Positions 33,151-49,904 of a stretch of DNA of 64,000 nt are shown one piece after another (position 1 is the first letter of the stretch; each line of letters begins with the position of its first letter). A program made the translations under genes and the position numbers. This DNA comes from an uncultured Bordetella sp. (lineage in GTDB: Bacteria; Pseudomonadota; Gammaproteobacteria; Burkholderiales; SG8-39), in the NCBI GenBank assembly GCA_964564865.1, contig CAZMDA010000002.1, positions 33,375-97,374 on the forward strand, given 5' to 3'. The notes beneath the pieces are model-generated. The model worked only from the letters and a program-made list of their open reading frames with translations, was not told where the DNA came from and ran no database searches.

Positions 33151-33737
33151 TTGAGGACCGGCAGCGGCGGCGGCGTGCCCTCGGGCAGGGGCAGCTGGTG
33201 CGCGTTGAGCGTCATCGCCACCATGCCGTAGTAGCCGCACAGCGCGGTGAGCTCCACCACGCCCTTGACGCCGAAGCGTTCCAGCGCCCTGGCGTAGGTG
33301 GCGTCGCCGACGAAGTGGCTGCGGTGCAGCTCGACGGCGAACCGGTAGACCGTTTCGTCATCCGCGTCCTCGAACGCCGGACGCCGGCCGTGGCGGATGG
33401 CCTCGATCACCGCGTCGGGCACGCCGCCCTTGCGCGCCGGCGGCTCGTGCGCGAACCACTCGAACTGGCAGCTCCAGTGGCGCGCGGTGGCGAGGATCGC
33501 CAGCTCGCTGTGGCGCGGCGCGAGGCTGGTGCGGTAGCGCAGCAGCTCGCCCAGCTGCTGCCACTTGTCGGCCAGCTCCGGGTTGTGGAGCGCGGCGCGG
33601 ATCGGGCCGCGCAGCGCGCCGCGCGGCCCGCTCACCACCGCGTCGTGCACGCGGCGCTGCTCGGGCGTCATGTCCTCGAGCGACGGCAGGGGAATCCGGG
33701 GCGTATTGCGGTGCGGGTGGGTGCTGTCGGCGCTCAT
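33147..33737 (-). CDS. carboxymuconolactone decarboxylase family protein
   Basis: 196-aa ORF with the block ..SELAILATARHWSCQFEWFAH.. typical of the CMD/AhpD-like family. ATGA overlap with the upstream gene. Confidence 0.8.
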   Translation of the reverse strand: MSADSTHPHRNTPRIPLPSLEDMTPEQRRVHDAVVSGPRGALRGPIRAALHNPELADKWQQLGELLRYRTSLAPRHSELAILATARHWSCQFEWFAHEPPARKGGVPDAVIEAIRHGRRPAFEDADDETVYRFAVELHRSHFVGDATYARALERFGVKGVVELTALCGYYGMVAMTLNAHQLPLPEGTPPPLPVLK

Positions 33738-34918
33738 GGCTCGAGTCCAAGTTCCCTGAGGATGTCGGCGGTGTGCTCGCCCAGCAGGGGCGGGGCGCGC
33801 TCCGGGCGCAGCGGCGCATTGCGAAAGCGCAGCGGGTTGGCCACCTGCGGCACCTTGACCCCGCTCGCGTGCGGCAGCTCGAACAGCATGCCGCGGTGCC
33901 GGACCTGGGGCTCGGCGAAGGCTTCCGGGATGCTGTTGATCGGGCCGCAGGGCACGCCGGCCGCCTCCAGCGCCGCCACCCAGTGGGCGCGGTCCTGCTT
34001 GCGCAGTTCGCCCTCGATCATCGGGTTGAGCTGCGCCAGGTTGCGCACGCGCGCCGGATTGGCGGCGAAGCGCTCGTCAGCGGCCCACTCCGGGCGCCCG
34101 AGCGCTTCGCAGAACTTGGCGAACTGGCCGTCGTTGCCGACCACGATCACCACCTTGCCGTCGCGGCAGGCAAACACGTCCTGCGGCTGGATGTTCGGGT
34201 GCGCATTGCCGCTGCGCCGGGGCGTGTTCCCGGAGACGAGGTAGTTCTGCGCCTGGTTGGCGAGGTAACCCACCTGCACGTCGAGCATGGCGAGATCGAT
34301 GTGCTCGCCCTCGCCGGTGCGCTCGCGCCGCGCCAGCGCCGCCAGCATGCCGACGGCGGCGTACATGCCGGTCATGAGGTCGGTGATCGGCAGGCCCACC
34401 TTCTGCGGGCCGCCGCCGGGCTTGTCGTCGCGCTCGCCGGTGATGCTCATCAGCCCGCCCATGGCCTGGATCAGGAAGTCGTAGGCCGCCTGGTCCTTGC
34501 GCGGCCCGGTCTGGCCGAAGCCGGTGACCGAGCAGTAGATGAGGCGGGGATTGATCGCCTTCAGTTCCTCGTAGCCCAGGCCGAAGCGCGCGAGCGTCCC
34601 GACCTTGTAGTTCTCCAGCAGGATGTCCGAGCGCGCCGCGAGCGCCTTCACGACGCGCTGCCCCTCCGGCTTGTCCAGTTCCACGGTGATGGAGCGCTTG
34701 CCGCGGTTCACCGACAGGAAGTAGCCCGCTTCCCTCGTGTCCCTGCCGTCCGGTCCCTTCAGGAACGGCGGTCCCCAGCTGCGCGTGTCGTCGCCGGCGC
34801 CGGGGCGCTCCACCTTGATGACATCCGCGCCCAGGTCCGCGAGCAGCTGGCTCGCCCACGGCCCGGCCATGATGCGCGACAGGTCGAGGACGCGGAGGTG
34901 GGAGAGGGGGCCGGGCAT
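33734..34918 (-). CDS. CaiB/BaiF family CoA transferase
   Basis: 394 aa from ATG 34918 (MPGPLSHLRVLDLSRIMAGPWASQLLADLGADVIKVE), followed by YDFLIQAMGGLMSITG. Confidence 0.88.
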   Translation of the reverse strand: MPGPLSHLRVLDLSRIMAGPWASQLLADLGADVIKVERPGAGDDTRSWGPPFLKGPDGRDTREAGYFLSVNRGKRSITVELDKPEGQRVVKALAARSDILLENYKVGTLARFGLGYEELKAINPRLIYCSVTGFGQTGPRKDQAAYDFLIQAMGGLMSITGERDDKPGGGPQKVGLPITDLMTGMYAAVGMLAALARRERTGEGEHIDLAMLDVQVGYLANQAQNYLVSGNTPRRSGNAHPNIQPQDVFACRDGKVVIVVGNDGQFAKFCEALGRPEWAADERFAANPARVRNLAQLNPMIEGELRKQDRAHWVAALEAAGVPCGPINSIPEAFAEPQVRHRGMLFELPHASGVKVPQVANPLRFRNAPLRPERAPPLLGEHTADILRELGLEP

Positions 34919-34963
34919 CAATGTGGAACTATAAGGCCTGCGCGCTTGACGTAAACTGCGTTG

Positions 34964-35743
34964 ATGAACACCGACTACCGCCAGTTGCGCGTCGCGCTCG
35001 ACGGCCACGTCGCCGTCCTCACCATGGACGCGCCGCCGGTCAACGCGCTGACGAAGACGCTCAACGACGAGCTCACCCATGCCCTGGACTTGATCTCGGA
35101 GACCGACGCCATCCGCTGCGTGGTGCTGACCGGCGCCGGGAAGCAGTTCTGCGCCGGCGCCGACCTGAAGGGCCGCGCCGAAGTCATCAAGGGGCCGGGC
35201 GACCTGCTCGCGCATTCCCGCCGCACCCGCGAGTGCTTCCACGCCATCCGCGAATGCGCCAAGCCGGTGGTGGCGGCGATCAACGGCGCGGCGCTCGGCT
35301 CCGGGCTTGCCATCGTCGCCTCGGCGGACGTGCTGCTCGCCTCGGAGAACGCGGTGATCGGCGCGCCCGAGGTGGACGTCGGCCTGCTGGGCGGCGGCCG
35401 GCATGCCATGCGCCTGTTCGGGCATTCGCGGTTGCGCCGCATGATGCTGACCGGCTACCGCGTGCCGGCGGCGGAGTTGTACCGCCTGGGCGTGATCGAG
35501 GCCTGCACCACGCCGGAGGAGCTGATGCCGAAGGCGCTGGAGCTGGCGCAGGCCATCGCCTCGAAGAGCCCGGTCTCCACGCGCATGATCAAGCACAGCC
35601 TGAACGTCATCGAGGACATGAGCCTGCGCGACGGCTACCGCTACGAGCAGGACATGACGGCGGCGATCGCGAAGACCGAGGACGCGAAGGAGGCGCAGGC
35701 GGCGTTCCGGGAGAAGCGCAAGCCCGAGTTCAAGGGAAGGTAG
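34964..35743 (+). CDS. enoyl-CoA hydratase/isomerase family protein
   Basis: ATG 34964 (the track starts at TTG 34961). Crotonase blocks VVLTGAGKQFCAGADL and KPVVAAINGAALGSGLAI. Confidence 0.88.
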   Translation: MNTDYRQLRVALDGHVAVLTMDAPPVNALTKTLNDELTHALDLISETDAIRCVVLTGAGKQFCAGADLKGRAEVIKGPGDLLAHSRRTRECFHAIRECAKPVVAAINGAALGSGLAIVASADVLLASENAVIGAPEVDVGLLGGGRHAMRLFGHSRLRRMMLTGYRVPAAELYRLGVIEACTTPEELMPKALELAQAIASKSPVSTRMIKHSLNVIEDMSLRDGYRYEQDMTAAIAKTEDAKEAQAAFREKRKPEFKGR

Positions 35744-35753
35744 GCGGCCGCCG

Positions 35754-36361
35754 ATGAAGCTGCACTGGTCGCCGCGTTCGCCCTACGTGCGCAAGGTGAT
35801 GGCCTGCGCCATCGAGCTGGGCCTCGCGGACCGGCTGGAGAAGGTCCGCTCGCCGGTGGCGATGACCGAGCCCAACCTCGAGCTCATGCGCGAGAACCCG
35901 CTCGGGCGGCTGCCGACGCTGGTGACGGACGAGGGCCTGGCGCTGTTCGATTCCATCGTCATCTGCGAGTACCTGGACGGGCTGGCGGGGAACAAGCTGT
36001 TTCCTCCGGCCGGACCGGCGCGCATCCAGGCGCTGCGCTGGCACGCGCTGGGCGACGGCATGCTGGACACCGGAATCCTGTGGCGCAACGAGCGCGACAA
36101 GCCGGCGGCGCGGCAGACGCCGGAGTGGCTGGGCAACTTCGAGCTGAAGACGCGCAATGCGCTCGACTTCCTGGAGGGCGAGGCCGCGGCGCTCGAGAAG
36201 GCGCCGGTGGGCATCGGCCACGTCGCCATCGGCTGCGCGCTGGGCTACCTCGATTTCCGCTTCCAGGACATCCGCTGGCGGGAGAGCCGGCCGGCGATCG
36301 CCGGCTGGTACGCGCGCTTCGCCGAGCGCGCGTCCATGAAGGACACGCAGCCCAGCCTGGC

Positions 36362-36365
<4 letters not shown>
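35754..36365 (+). CDS. glutathione S-transferase
   Basis: 203-aa ORF. N-terminal thioredoxin-like GST fold (SPYVRKV..., [21 protein letters not shown]). Confidence 0.85.
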
Positions 36366-41830
<5,465 letters not shown>

Positions 41831-42003
41831 TCTACGGCCACTTGAAACCGGCGCGCGGACCACCATATCGGCGGATTTCCCGTCGCGCGGCGGGGTTTCG
41901 CCAGTGCCCGCCGGCGCGGAACTTTCCCGGCGCGGCCCCGGTCGATGGCAGCGAGCGATGCCGGGCATCCTGCCTGGCCGTATCCACAAAGAGGAGAGCA
42001 GAC

Positions 42004-42231
42004 ATGTTTGCGAAGAAACTGGCCGTCCTCGGTGCGGCGTGCGCGTTCGCCACGGTTCCCGCCTTTGCGGCGGAGTGGCCGGAGTTCGATCCCCAGCCGG
42101 TGACGCTGGAGGAGCCGGCGGAGATGCCGGTGACCGCGGCGACCGCCGGCGAGGACGCGGTCCACGCCTCCAGCGCGGCGTCGGACAAGCCCGCCGACCA
42201 GGGCGAGAAGCCGGCCGACTCGCAGTCCTGA
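42004..42231 (+). CDS. small secreted acidic protein (75 aa)
   Basis: ATG 42004 follows AGAGGAGAG. Signal peptide [22 protein letters not shown], then an acidic Pro/Ala-rich tail. I recognised no family. Confidence 0.5.
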   Translation: MFAKKLAVLGAACAFATVPAFAAEWPEFDPQPVTLEEPAEMPVTAATAGEDAVHASSAASDKPADQGEKPADSQS

Positions 42232-42400
42232 GGCGGTGGCGCCGGGGCGGGCACGGCGCAAGGCGCCGTGCTCAGTCCCCGGTGGGGGCAATGCGGTCGT
42301 CCATGACGCCGTCGGCGCGCCGGAGGGTTTGCGTCATTCACTTCGCCGGGGAGCGCGAAGGTTCGAAGCGTTGGTGCGACGCAATACCATCTGTAAAGAC

Positions 42401-42429
42401 TTGCCAATGCGCGACAACTTGGCCATATT
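42401..42429 (+). promoter_or_regulatory. candidate sigma-70 promoter for the Liv-type ABC operon
   Basis: TTGCCA (42401-42406), a 17-nt spacer, then CATATT (42424-42429). This lies 47 nt upstream of GTG 42476. Confidence 0.35.
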
Positions 42430-42475
42430 ACGCGGGCTCCGGCGTTCGCCGGCAGCGTTTACGGGGGAGGGGATC

Positions 42476-43684
42476 GTGAGAATTTCGACGACATTGAAGC
42501 TCGGCCTGGTCGCGGCGTCGTTCACTGCCGTTGCCGCGACGGCGCAGGCGCAGACCGTCAGGATCGGCGTGGTGCTGCCGTACACCGGCATCGGCGCGGA
42601 ACTCGGGCAGCAGGTGGACCGGGGCATCCAGACCTACATGAAGATGAACCCGAACGCGTTCGGGGGCATCAAGGTCGAGATCGTGAAGCGCGACTCGAAG
42701 AACCCGAGCGGCGCCGAGGCCAAGACCGCGGTGCAGGAGCTGATCACGCAGGAGAAGGTGGACATCCTCACCGGCTTCATCTACTCGCCCGACGCCATCG
42801 CTTCCGCGTCGCTGCTCACCGAGGCGAAGAAGCCCGCCGTGATCATGAACGCGGGCACGGCCTGGATCACCAACCTGTCGCCCATGATCTCGCGGGTGTC
42901 GTTCTCGATGTGGCACGCGGGCTACGCCATGGGCGAGGCCGCGGTGAAGATGCTCAATGCCAAGACCGCGGTGGTCGGCTACACCGACTTCCCGCCGGGC
43001 AAGGACAGCCTGGACGCGTTCAAGCGCGCCTTCGAGGGGGCCGGCGGCAAGGTGATCGACGCCATCCCGATGGGCGGCGCCGGTCAGGTGCCGGATTTCA
43101 CGCCCTTCTTCCAGCGCGCCAAGGACCGCAAGCCCGACGTGTTCTTCGTCTTCGTGCCCGCGGGCGACCATACCCTGGCGGCGATCAAGACCTACGGCGC
43201 CCTGGGCATGCGCGCGGCCGGCATCAAGCTGATCGGCCCGGGCGACATCACCCAGGACATCAAGCTGCAGGCGATGGGCGACGACGCGGTGGGCCTCATC
43301 ACCACCCACCACTACAACGCCGACCTGGACAACCCGCACAACAAGCGCTTCGTGGAGACCTGGAAGAAGGAGTTCGGCGCCAACTCGACGCCGGACTTCA
43401 TGGGCGTGCAGGGCTACGACGGCATGGCCGCCATCGCCCACGCGGTGCGCACGCTGAAGGGCCGCATGGACCCGGACAAGGTGATGGATTCGCTCAAGGG
43501 CTGGAAATTCGACGAGAGCCCGCGCGGCCCGATCATGATCGACCCGGCCACCCGGGACATCGTCATGAACGAGTACATCAGCGAGCTGGTGAAGGTGGGC
43601 GGCCGCCTGGTGCAGAAGCAGATCGGCGTGCTGCGCGCGGTGAAGGACATGTGCAAGGAGCTCAAGGAAGGGAAGTGCAAGTAG
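42476..43684 (+). CDS. ABC transporter substrate-binding protein (LivK/branched-chain amino acid type)
   Basis: GTG 42476 is preceded by GGGGGAGGGG. Signal [25 protein letters not shown], then the type-I periplasmic binding fold pattern [11 protein letters not shown].. ATG 42407 is an alternative start. Confidence 0.85.
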   Translation: MRISTTLKLGLVAASFTAVAATAQAQTVRIGVVLPYTGIGAELGQQVDRGIQTYMKMNPNAFGGIKVEIVKRDSKNPSGAEAKTAVQELITQEKVDILTGFIYSPDAIASASLLTEAKKPAVIMNAGTAWITNLSPMISRVSFSMWHAGYAMGEAAVKMLNAKTAVVGYTDFPPGKDSLDAFKRAFEGAGGKVIDAIPMGGAGQVPDFTPFFQRAKDRKPDVFFVFVPAGDHTLAAIKTYGALGMRAAGIKLIGPGDITQDIKLQAMGDDAVGLITTHHYNADLDNPHNKRFVETWKKEFGANSTPDFMGVQGYDGMAAIAHAVRTLKGRMDPDKVMDSLKGWKFDESPRGPIMIDPATRDIVMNEYISELVKVGGRLVQKQIGVLRAVKDMCKELKEGKCK

Positions 43685-43712
43685 CGCAGGCCGCTTCCAC
43701 TTCGAAACAACG

Positions 43713-43751
43713 CCGCCGCCCGCGGTAGCCTGACGGGCGGCGGTTTTTTTT
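43713..43751 (+). terminator. intrinsic terminator/attenuator hairpin between the binding-protein gene and livH
   Basis: Stem CCGCCGCCCG (43713-43722) pairs with CGGGCGGCGG (43734-43743) around an 11-nt loop. An eight-T run (43744-43751) follows and ends 1 nt before the livH ATG. Confidence 0.7.
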
Positions 43752-43752
43752 C

Positions 43753-44616
43753 ATGGACCTGGTCAACACTCTCCTGGGCGGCGTCGCCGCCGGCATGGTG
43801 CTGTTCATCGTGTCGGTGGGGCTGTCCGTCACCATGGGGTTGATGGGCATCGTCAACCTGGCGCACGGCGCCTTCGCCATGCTGGGCGGCTACGTCATCT
43901 CCCTCAGCATGCGGCACTGGGGGGTGCCGTTTCCGGCCGCGCTGCTGCTGGGCTTCGTCGCCATCGCCGCGTTCTCGGTGGTGATGGAGCGCCTGTTCTA
44001 CTCGCGCCTGTACAAGGCCGGGGAGCTCGACCAGGTGCTGTTCACGATCGGCCTGGTGTTCGTGCTGTCGGCGGCCGTGACGCTGGGCATCGGGCCGACG
44101 TCGGTGACGGTTCCGCTCCCGGAGTGGCTCCGCGGCCAGACCGACCTGGGGTTCCTCAAGTACCGCACCTACAGCCTCGCCCTGATCGTGGCGGGCACGC
44201 TCATCATGCTCGGCCTGTGGCTCGGATTCGAGCGCACGCGCTTCGGCGCGCGCATCCGCGCCGCGGTGGACAACCGGCGCATGGCGCAGTCCATGGGCGT
44301 GGACGTGGGGCGCCTGTTCACCGTCACCTTCGCCTTCGGCAGCGGCCTGGCCGCGGTCGGCGGCGGCCTGGGCGCCGAGATGCTGGGCCTGGACCCCAAC
44401 TACCCGCTGCGGTATCTCGTCTACTTCCTGATCGTGGTCGCGGTGGGCGGCCTGGGCCGGGTGACCGGGGTGTTCTTCGCCGCGATCCTGATCGGCGTGC
44501 TCGATTTCGTGCTCAAGATCTACTTCCCCAAGGGCGGCACGGTCTTCATCTATGCGCTGACCCTGATCCTGCTGCTCGCCCGGCCGCAGGGCCTGTTTGG
44601 CAGGAAGGGCGCCTGA
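43753..44616 (+). CDS. livH: branched-chain amino acid ABC transporter permease (LivH-like)
   Basis: 287-aa hydrophobic ORF with the pattern ..IVNLAHGAF.MLG.Y... typical of LivH. Confidence 0.88.
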   Translation: MDLVNTLLGGVAAGMVLFIVSVGLSVTMGLMGIVNLAHGAFAMLGGYVISLSMRHWGVPFPAALLLGFVAIAAFSVVMERLFYSRLYKAGELDQVLFTIGLVFVLSAAVTLGIGPTSVTVPLPEWLRGQTDLGFLKYRTYSLALIVAGTLIMLGLWLGFERTRFGARIRAAVDNRRMAQSMGVDVGRLFTVTFAFGSGLAAVGGGLGAEMLGLDPNYPLRYLVYFLIVVAVGGLGRVTGVFFAAILIGVLDFVLKIYFPKGGTVFIYALTLILLLARPQGLFGRKGA

Positions 44617-45611
44617 TGGCCGCGCCGCAGACCGCCGCCGCGCAGCTCGCGCGCCGCCACCGCTTCCAGTGGTGGGAGCTGCTGCCGTGGATCGCCGCCA
44701 TCGCCGCGTTCTACGCCTTCCCGACCTACCTCGCCTTCGGCACGCAGCTCCTGATCACCATCCTGTTCGCGCTGTCGCTGGACCTGGTGCTGGGCTACGC
44801 CGGCATCGTCACCCTCGGCCATGCCGCCTTCTTCGGCGCGGGCGCCTATACGGTCGGCATGCTTGCCTCGCAACTGGGCTGGAACGAACCCTTGTCCGGC
44901 CTTCTCGCCGCGGCGGCGGTGGCCGGGCTGATCGGCCTGGTGAGCGGGCTGGTGCTGCTGCGCACGCACGGCCTGACGCTGCTGATGCTGACGCTGTGCA
45001 CCATGGCGCTGCTGGAGCAGGCGGCGAACATGGGCGCGCACTGGACCGGGGGGTTCGACGGCATTCCGGGCCTGAGCTTCGGCAAGATCTTCGGCCTGTT
45101 CTCCTTCGACGTGCTCTACTTCCGCTCGCAGTACCTCTATGTGCTCGCGGTGCTGCTGATCTGCTTCGTGGTGGTGCGCACCCTGGTGTATTCCTCCTTC
45201 GGCCAGAGCCTGACCGGGGTGCGCGAGAACCTGCTGCGCATGCACGCGGTCGGCGCGCCGGTGCGCGCGCGCCTGGTGCTCGCCTACACCATCTCGGCGG
45301 CGCTGGCCGGCATCGCGGGCGGCCTGTTCACGCAGGCCACCGGCTACGTCAACCTCTCGGCCCTGAGCCTGGAGCGGGCCGCCGGGGTGATGATCATCCT
45401 GATCCTGGGCGGCTACGGGCGCCTGTACGGCGCCTTCGTCGGCGCGGTGGCCTACATGGTCCTGGAGCACATGCTCGCCAAGGCCTACCCGACGGCGTGG
45501 CAGCTGGGCATCGGCGTGACCCTGATCCTGGTCGCGCTGTACGCGCGCAACGGCATCATCGGCATCGGCGAATCCCTGGTGCGGCGCCTGCGCGGCGGAG
45601 GCGCGGCATGA
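44616..45611 (+). CDS. livM: branched-chain amino acid ABC transporter permease (LivM-like)
   Basis: 331 aa from ATG 44616, sharing one base with the livH stop (TGATG). Contains the block GYAGIVTLGHAAFFGAGAY. Confidence 0.88.
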   Translation: MAAPQTAAAQLARRHRFQWWELLPWIAAIAAFYAFPTYLAFGTQLLITILFALSLDLVLGYAGIVTLGHAAFFGAGAYTVGMLASQLGWNEPLSGLLAAAAVAGLIGLVSGLVLLRTHGLTLLMLTLCTMALLEQAANMGAHWTGGFDGIPGLSFGKIFGLFSFDVLYFRSQYLYVLAVLLICFVVVRTLVYSSFGQSLTGVRENLLRMHAVGAPVRARLVLAYTISAALAGIAGGLFTQATGYVNLSALSLERAAGVMIILILGGYGRLYGAFVGAVAYMVLEHMLAKAYPTAWQLGIGVTLILVALYARNGIIGIGESLVRRLRGGGAA

Positions 45612-46363
45612 GCACGGCGCGGCTCGAGACGAAGGGGCTGAGCAAGAACTTCGGCGCGCTGGAGGTGGCGCGCGAGGTGAACTTCCGGCTCGATGCCGGC
45701 GCGCGGCACGCGCTCATCGGCCCCAACGGCGCAGGCAAGACCACGTTCATCAACCTGCTCACCGGGGCGCTGGCGCCCTCGCGCGGCAGCGTGCTGCTGG
45801 AAGGCGAGGACGTCACCGGCCTGGCGCAGGCGACGCGCGTCAAGCGCGGCATCGCGCGCACCTTCCAGATCAACCAGCTGTTCCGCGGCCTGACGGTGCT
45901 CGAGAACGTGTGCATCTCGGTGTCCGAGCGCATGGGCCAGGGCGGGGGCATGGTGCGCGCCGCCGGGCGGCGCGCCGGAGTGCTGGACGAGGCCATGCGC
46001 CTGATCGGGATGCTGAAGCTGGAGGAGGACGCCGGCCGGCGCATCGTGGAGCTGCCCTACGGCCGGCAGCGCCTGGTGGAGATCGCCATCGCGCTGGGCC
46101 TGCAGCCGCGCGTGCTGCTGCTCGACGAGCCGGCCGCGGGCATCCCGAGCGCGGAGACGCACATCCTGCTGGATGCCATCGCGACGCTGCCGCGCGACAT
46201 CGCCGTGCTCATCATCGAGCACGACATGGACCTGGTGTTCCGCTTCGCCGAGCGCATCACGGTGCTGGTGAGCGGGGCGATCTTCGCCGAGGGCACGCCG
46301 CAGGAGATCGCCGCCAACCGCGACGTGCGCGCGGTGTACCTGGGGAGCGCGCTGGATGCCTGA
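45608..46363 (+). CDS. livG: ABC transporter ATP-binding protein (LivG-like)
   Basis: 251 aa from ATG 45608 (ATGA overlap). Walker A GPNGAGKTT, Walker B LLLDEPAAG, and the C-terminal AVYLG motif. Confidence 0.88.
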   Translation: MSTARLETKGLSKNFGALEVAREVNFRLDAGARHALIGPNGAGKTTFINLLTGALAPSRGSVLLEGEDVTGLAQATRVKRGIARTFQINQLFRGLTVLENVCISVSERMGQGGGMVRAAGRRAGVLDEAMRLIGMLKLEEDAGRRIVELPYGRQRLVEIAIALGLQPRVLLLDEPAAGIPSAETHILLDAIATLPRDIAVLIIEHDMDLVFRFAERITVLVSGAIFAEGTPQEIAANRDVRAVYLGSALDA

Positions 46364-47057
46364 AGCGCTTGCGTTGCAGGGCGTCGGCGCCGGCTACGGC
46401 GAGACGCACGTGCTGGAGGACATCAACCTGGCCTTGGGGCAGGGCGAGAGCCTGTCGGTGATCGGGCGCAACGGCGTGGGCAAGTCCACGCTGCTGGAGA
46501 CGATCATGGGCCACACCACGATGCACGCGGGTTCGATCGCCCTCAACGGGGGCGACGTGTCCGCCTTTCCGCCCCACCGGCGCGCGCTCGCCGGCCTGGG
46601 CTACGTGCCGCAGGAACGCGAGATCTTTCCCTCGCTCACCGTGCTGGAGAACCTGGAACTGGGCGCGCGCCCCGGGCCCTGGACGCTGGCGCGGGTGTTC
46701 GAGCTGTTCCCCAACCTGAAGGAGCGCCTCGCCAACGCCGGCACCCAGCTCTCCGGCGGCGAGCAGCAGATGCTGGCGGTGGCGCGCGCGCTGCTCACCA
46801 ACCCCTCCGTGCTGCTGATGGACGAGCCCACCGAGGGCCTGGCGCCGGTGATCGTGCAGGCGCTCACGCAGGTGCTGCTCAAGCTGCGCGGCGAGGGCGG
46901 CTTCGCCATCGTCCTGGTGGAGCAGAACAGCCGCGTGGCGCTGGAGTTCTCCGAGCGCACCGTGGTGATGGACCGCGGCCGGATCGTGTACGACGGCGCC
47001 TCCGAGCGCCTGCGCCGCGACCCCGACTACCTCGCCAGCCTGATCGCGGCGCAGTAG
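46356..47057 (+). CDS. livF: ABC transporter ATP-binding protein (LivF-like)
   Basis: 233-aa ORF with Walker A GRNGVGKST, signature LSGGEQQM and Walker B LLMDEPTEGL. It overlaps the livG 3' end by 8 nt. Confidence 0.88.
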   Translation: MPEALALQGVGAGYGETHVLEDINLALGQGESLSVIGRNGVGKSTLLETIMGHTTMHAGSIALNGGDVSAFPPHRRALAGLGYVPQEREIFPSLTVLENLELGARPGPWTLARVFELFPNLKERLANAGTQLSGGEQQMLAVARALLTNPSVLLMDEPTEGLAPVIVQALTQVLLKLRGEGGFAIVLVEQNSRVALEFSERTVVMDRGRIVYDGASERLRRDPDYLASLIAAQ

Positions 47058-47074
47058 GCCGCGGGCCCCGCTAG

Positions 47075-48599
<1,525 letters not shown>

Positions 48600-48603
<4 letters not shown>

Positions 48604-49652
48604 GGCACGATCTTCTCGGCCCGGAACCGGCTCAGCAGCCGCACGAACATCTCCTCCGAGTCCACCACGGCGTGGAAGCCGTGCAGGCGCGACTTGGTGA
48701 CGCTGGACATCACGTCCCAGTTGCAGCCGAACACGTAGTCGCCGAACGGCCAGGCCACCACCTCGTCGAAGCGGAACGGCTGCAGGCCGTGCTTCGCCAC
48801 CAGCGCATCCCACAGCGCGCCCTGGCCGCCCATGGTCTTCACCAGCGACATCGGCTCGGGATCGCCCGCCGGCATGTCGAACACCTCCGCCAGGCGCGGC
48901 CACAGCCGGCTCCAGCGGAAGTAGTCGCCGTTGGTGATGTTGTAGGCCTGGTTGGCGCAGCGCGGCTCGGTCGCCGCCCAGTAGGCGGACTCGGCGAAAT
49001 GCGCCGAATCGGTCACCTGGTAGATCGTGTTCCACGCGGTGCCCGGGAACGAGAACGGCAGCCCCTGGGCCTTGCGCAGGGCGGCGTAGACCGCGATCAC
49101 GGGCACGATGCTCATCGCGGTCCCCGGGGCGAAGCCGCACAGGGTCTGCGGGCGCAGCTCGGTCCAGCTCCAGCGCTTGCCGCGCTGGAACGCGGTCAGC
49201 CAGTCGATCTGGTCGAAGTAGAAGTTCGGGCCGGCATGGCGCGGGTCGGTTTCCCGCGCCGGGGTGGGGTAAGGTCCGAGGTGCGTCCCGTAGTACTTGG
49301 TCCCGGTCACCAGCACCACCCGCTGCAGGCCGGGCGCGACGGCCTCCACGGCCGAGACCGCGTTCACCAGCATGTCCCGGTTGGGGTCGATGTTGGCAGC
49401 GTACCCGGCGGCGGCGCCCGCCGAAGGCTGGAACGCGGCGTAGAAGAGGTGGGTCGCATCCCGCAGTTCCGCGAGTTTCGCCGCCGCTCCCGGACGATCG
49501 AGCAGGTCCACCGCGATATGGCGCACGTTGCCCGCGTCCACGCCCCGCCGGCGCGACAGCCCGACCACCTGCCAGTCCGGCAGCCCGGCCAGCCGCTCGA
49601 CGATGTAGCGGCCGATGACGCCCTGCGCGCCGACGACGACGGCTGTGTTCAT
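48600..49652 (-). CDS. SDR family NAD-dependent oxidoreductase (PRISE/progesterone 5-beta-reductase-like)
   Basis: 350-aa ORF. N-terminal Rossmann motif VVVGAQGVIGRYIVERL, and VLVTGTKYYG. Confidence 0.8.
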
Positions 49653-49751
49653 TTCGCCACGCCGCAGCGCATCTGAAACCTTTTTGCGACTCGCGCGTTG
49701 TCCATGTCATCCCCGTGTAAGAAACTGCGGGAAGGATACGAGGAAACACCC

Positions 49752-49904
49752 ATGGACTTCATCCGCCGCCTGTTCCGCCCCTTCGAGCGCCGCCGCTGGG
49801 CGCGCGTGCGCGCGGGCTATGGGGTGGAAGTCCTGTTCGCCGGCTGGGTCGACCTGCCCAAGCCCCTGAAGGAGCGCAAGGCGCATAAAATCCCCGGCAA
49901 ATGA
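49752..49904 (+). CDS. possible small basic protein (50 aa) translationally coupled to the downstream peptidase gene
   Basis: ATG 49752 lies 7 nt after GAGGAA. The stop overlaps the ATG of the M20 gene (ATGA at 49901-49904). No recognisable family, so it could instead be a regulatory leader ORF or spurious. Confidence 0.35.
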   Translation: MDFIRRLFRPFERRRWARVRAGYGVEVLFAGWVDLPKPLKERKAHKIPGK

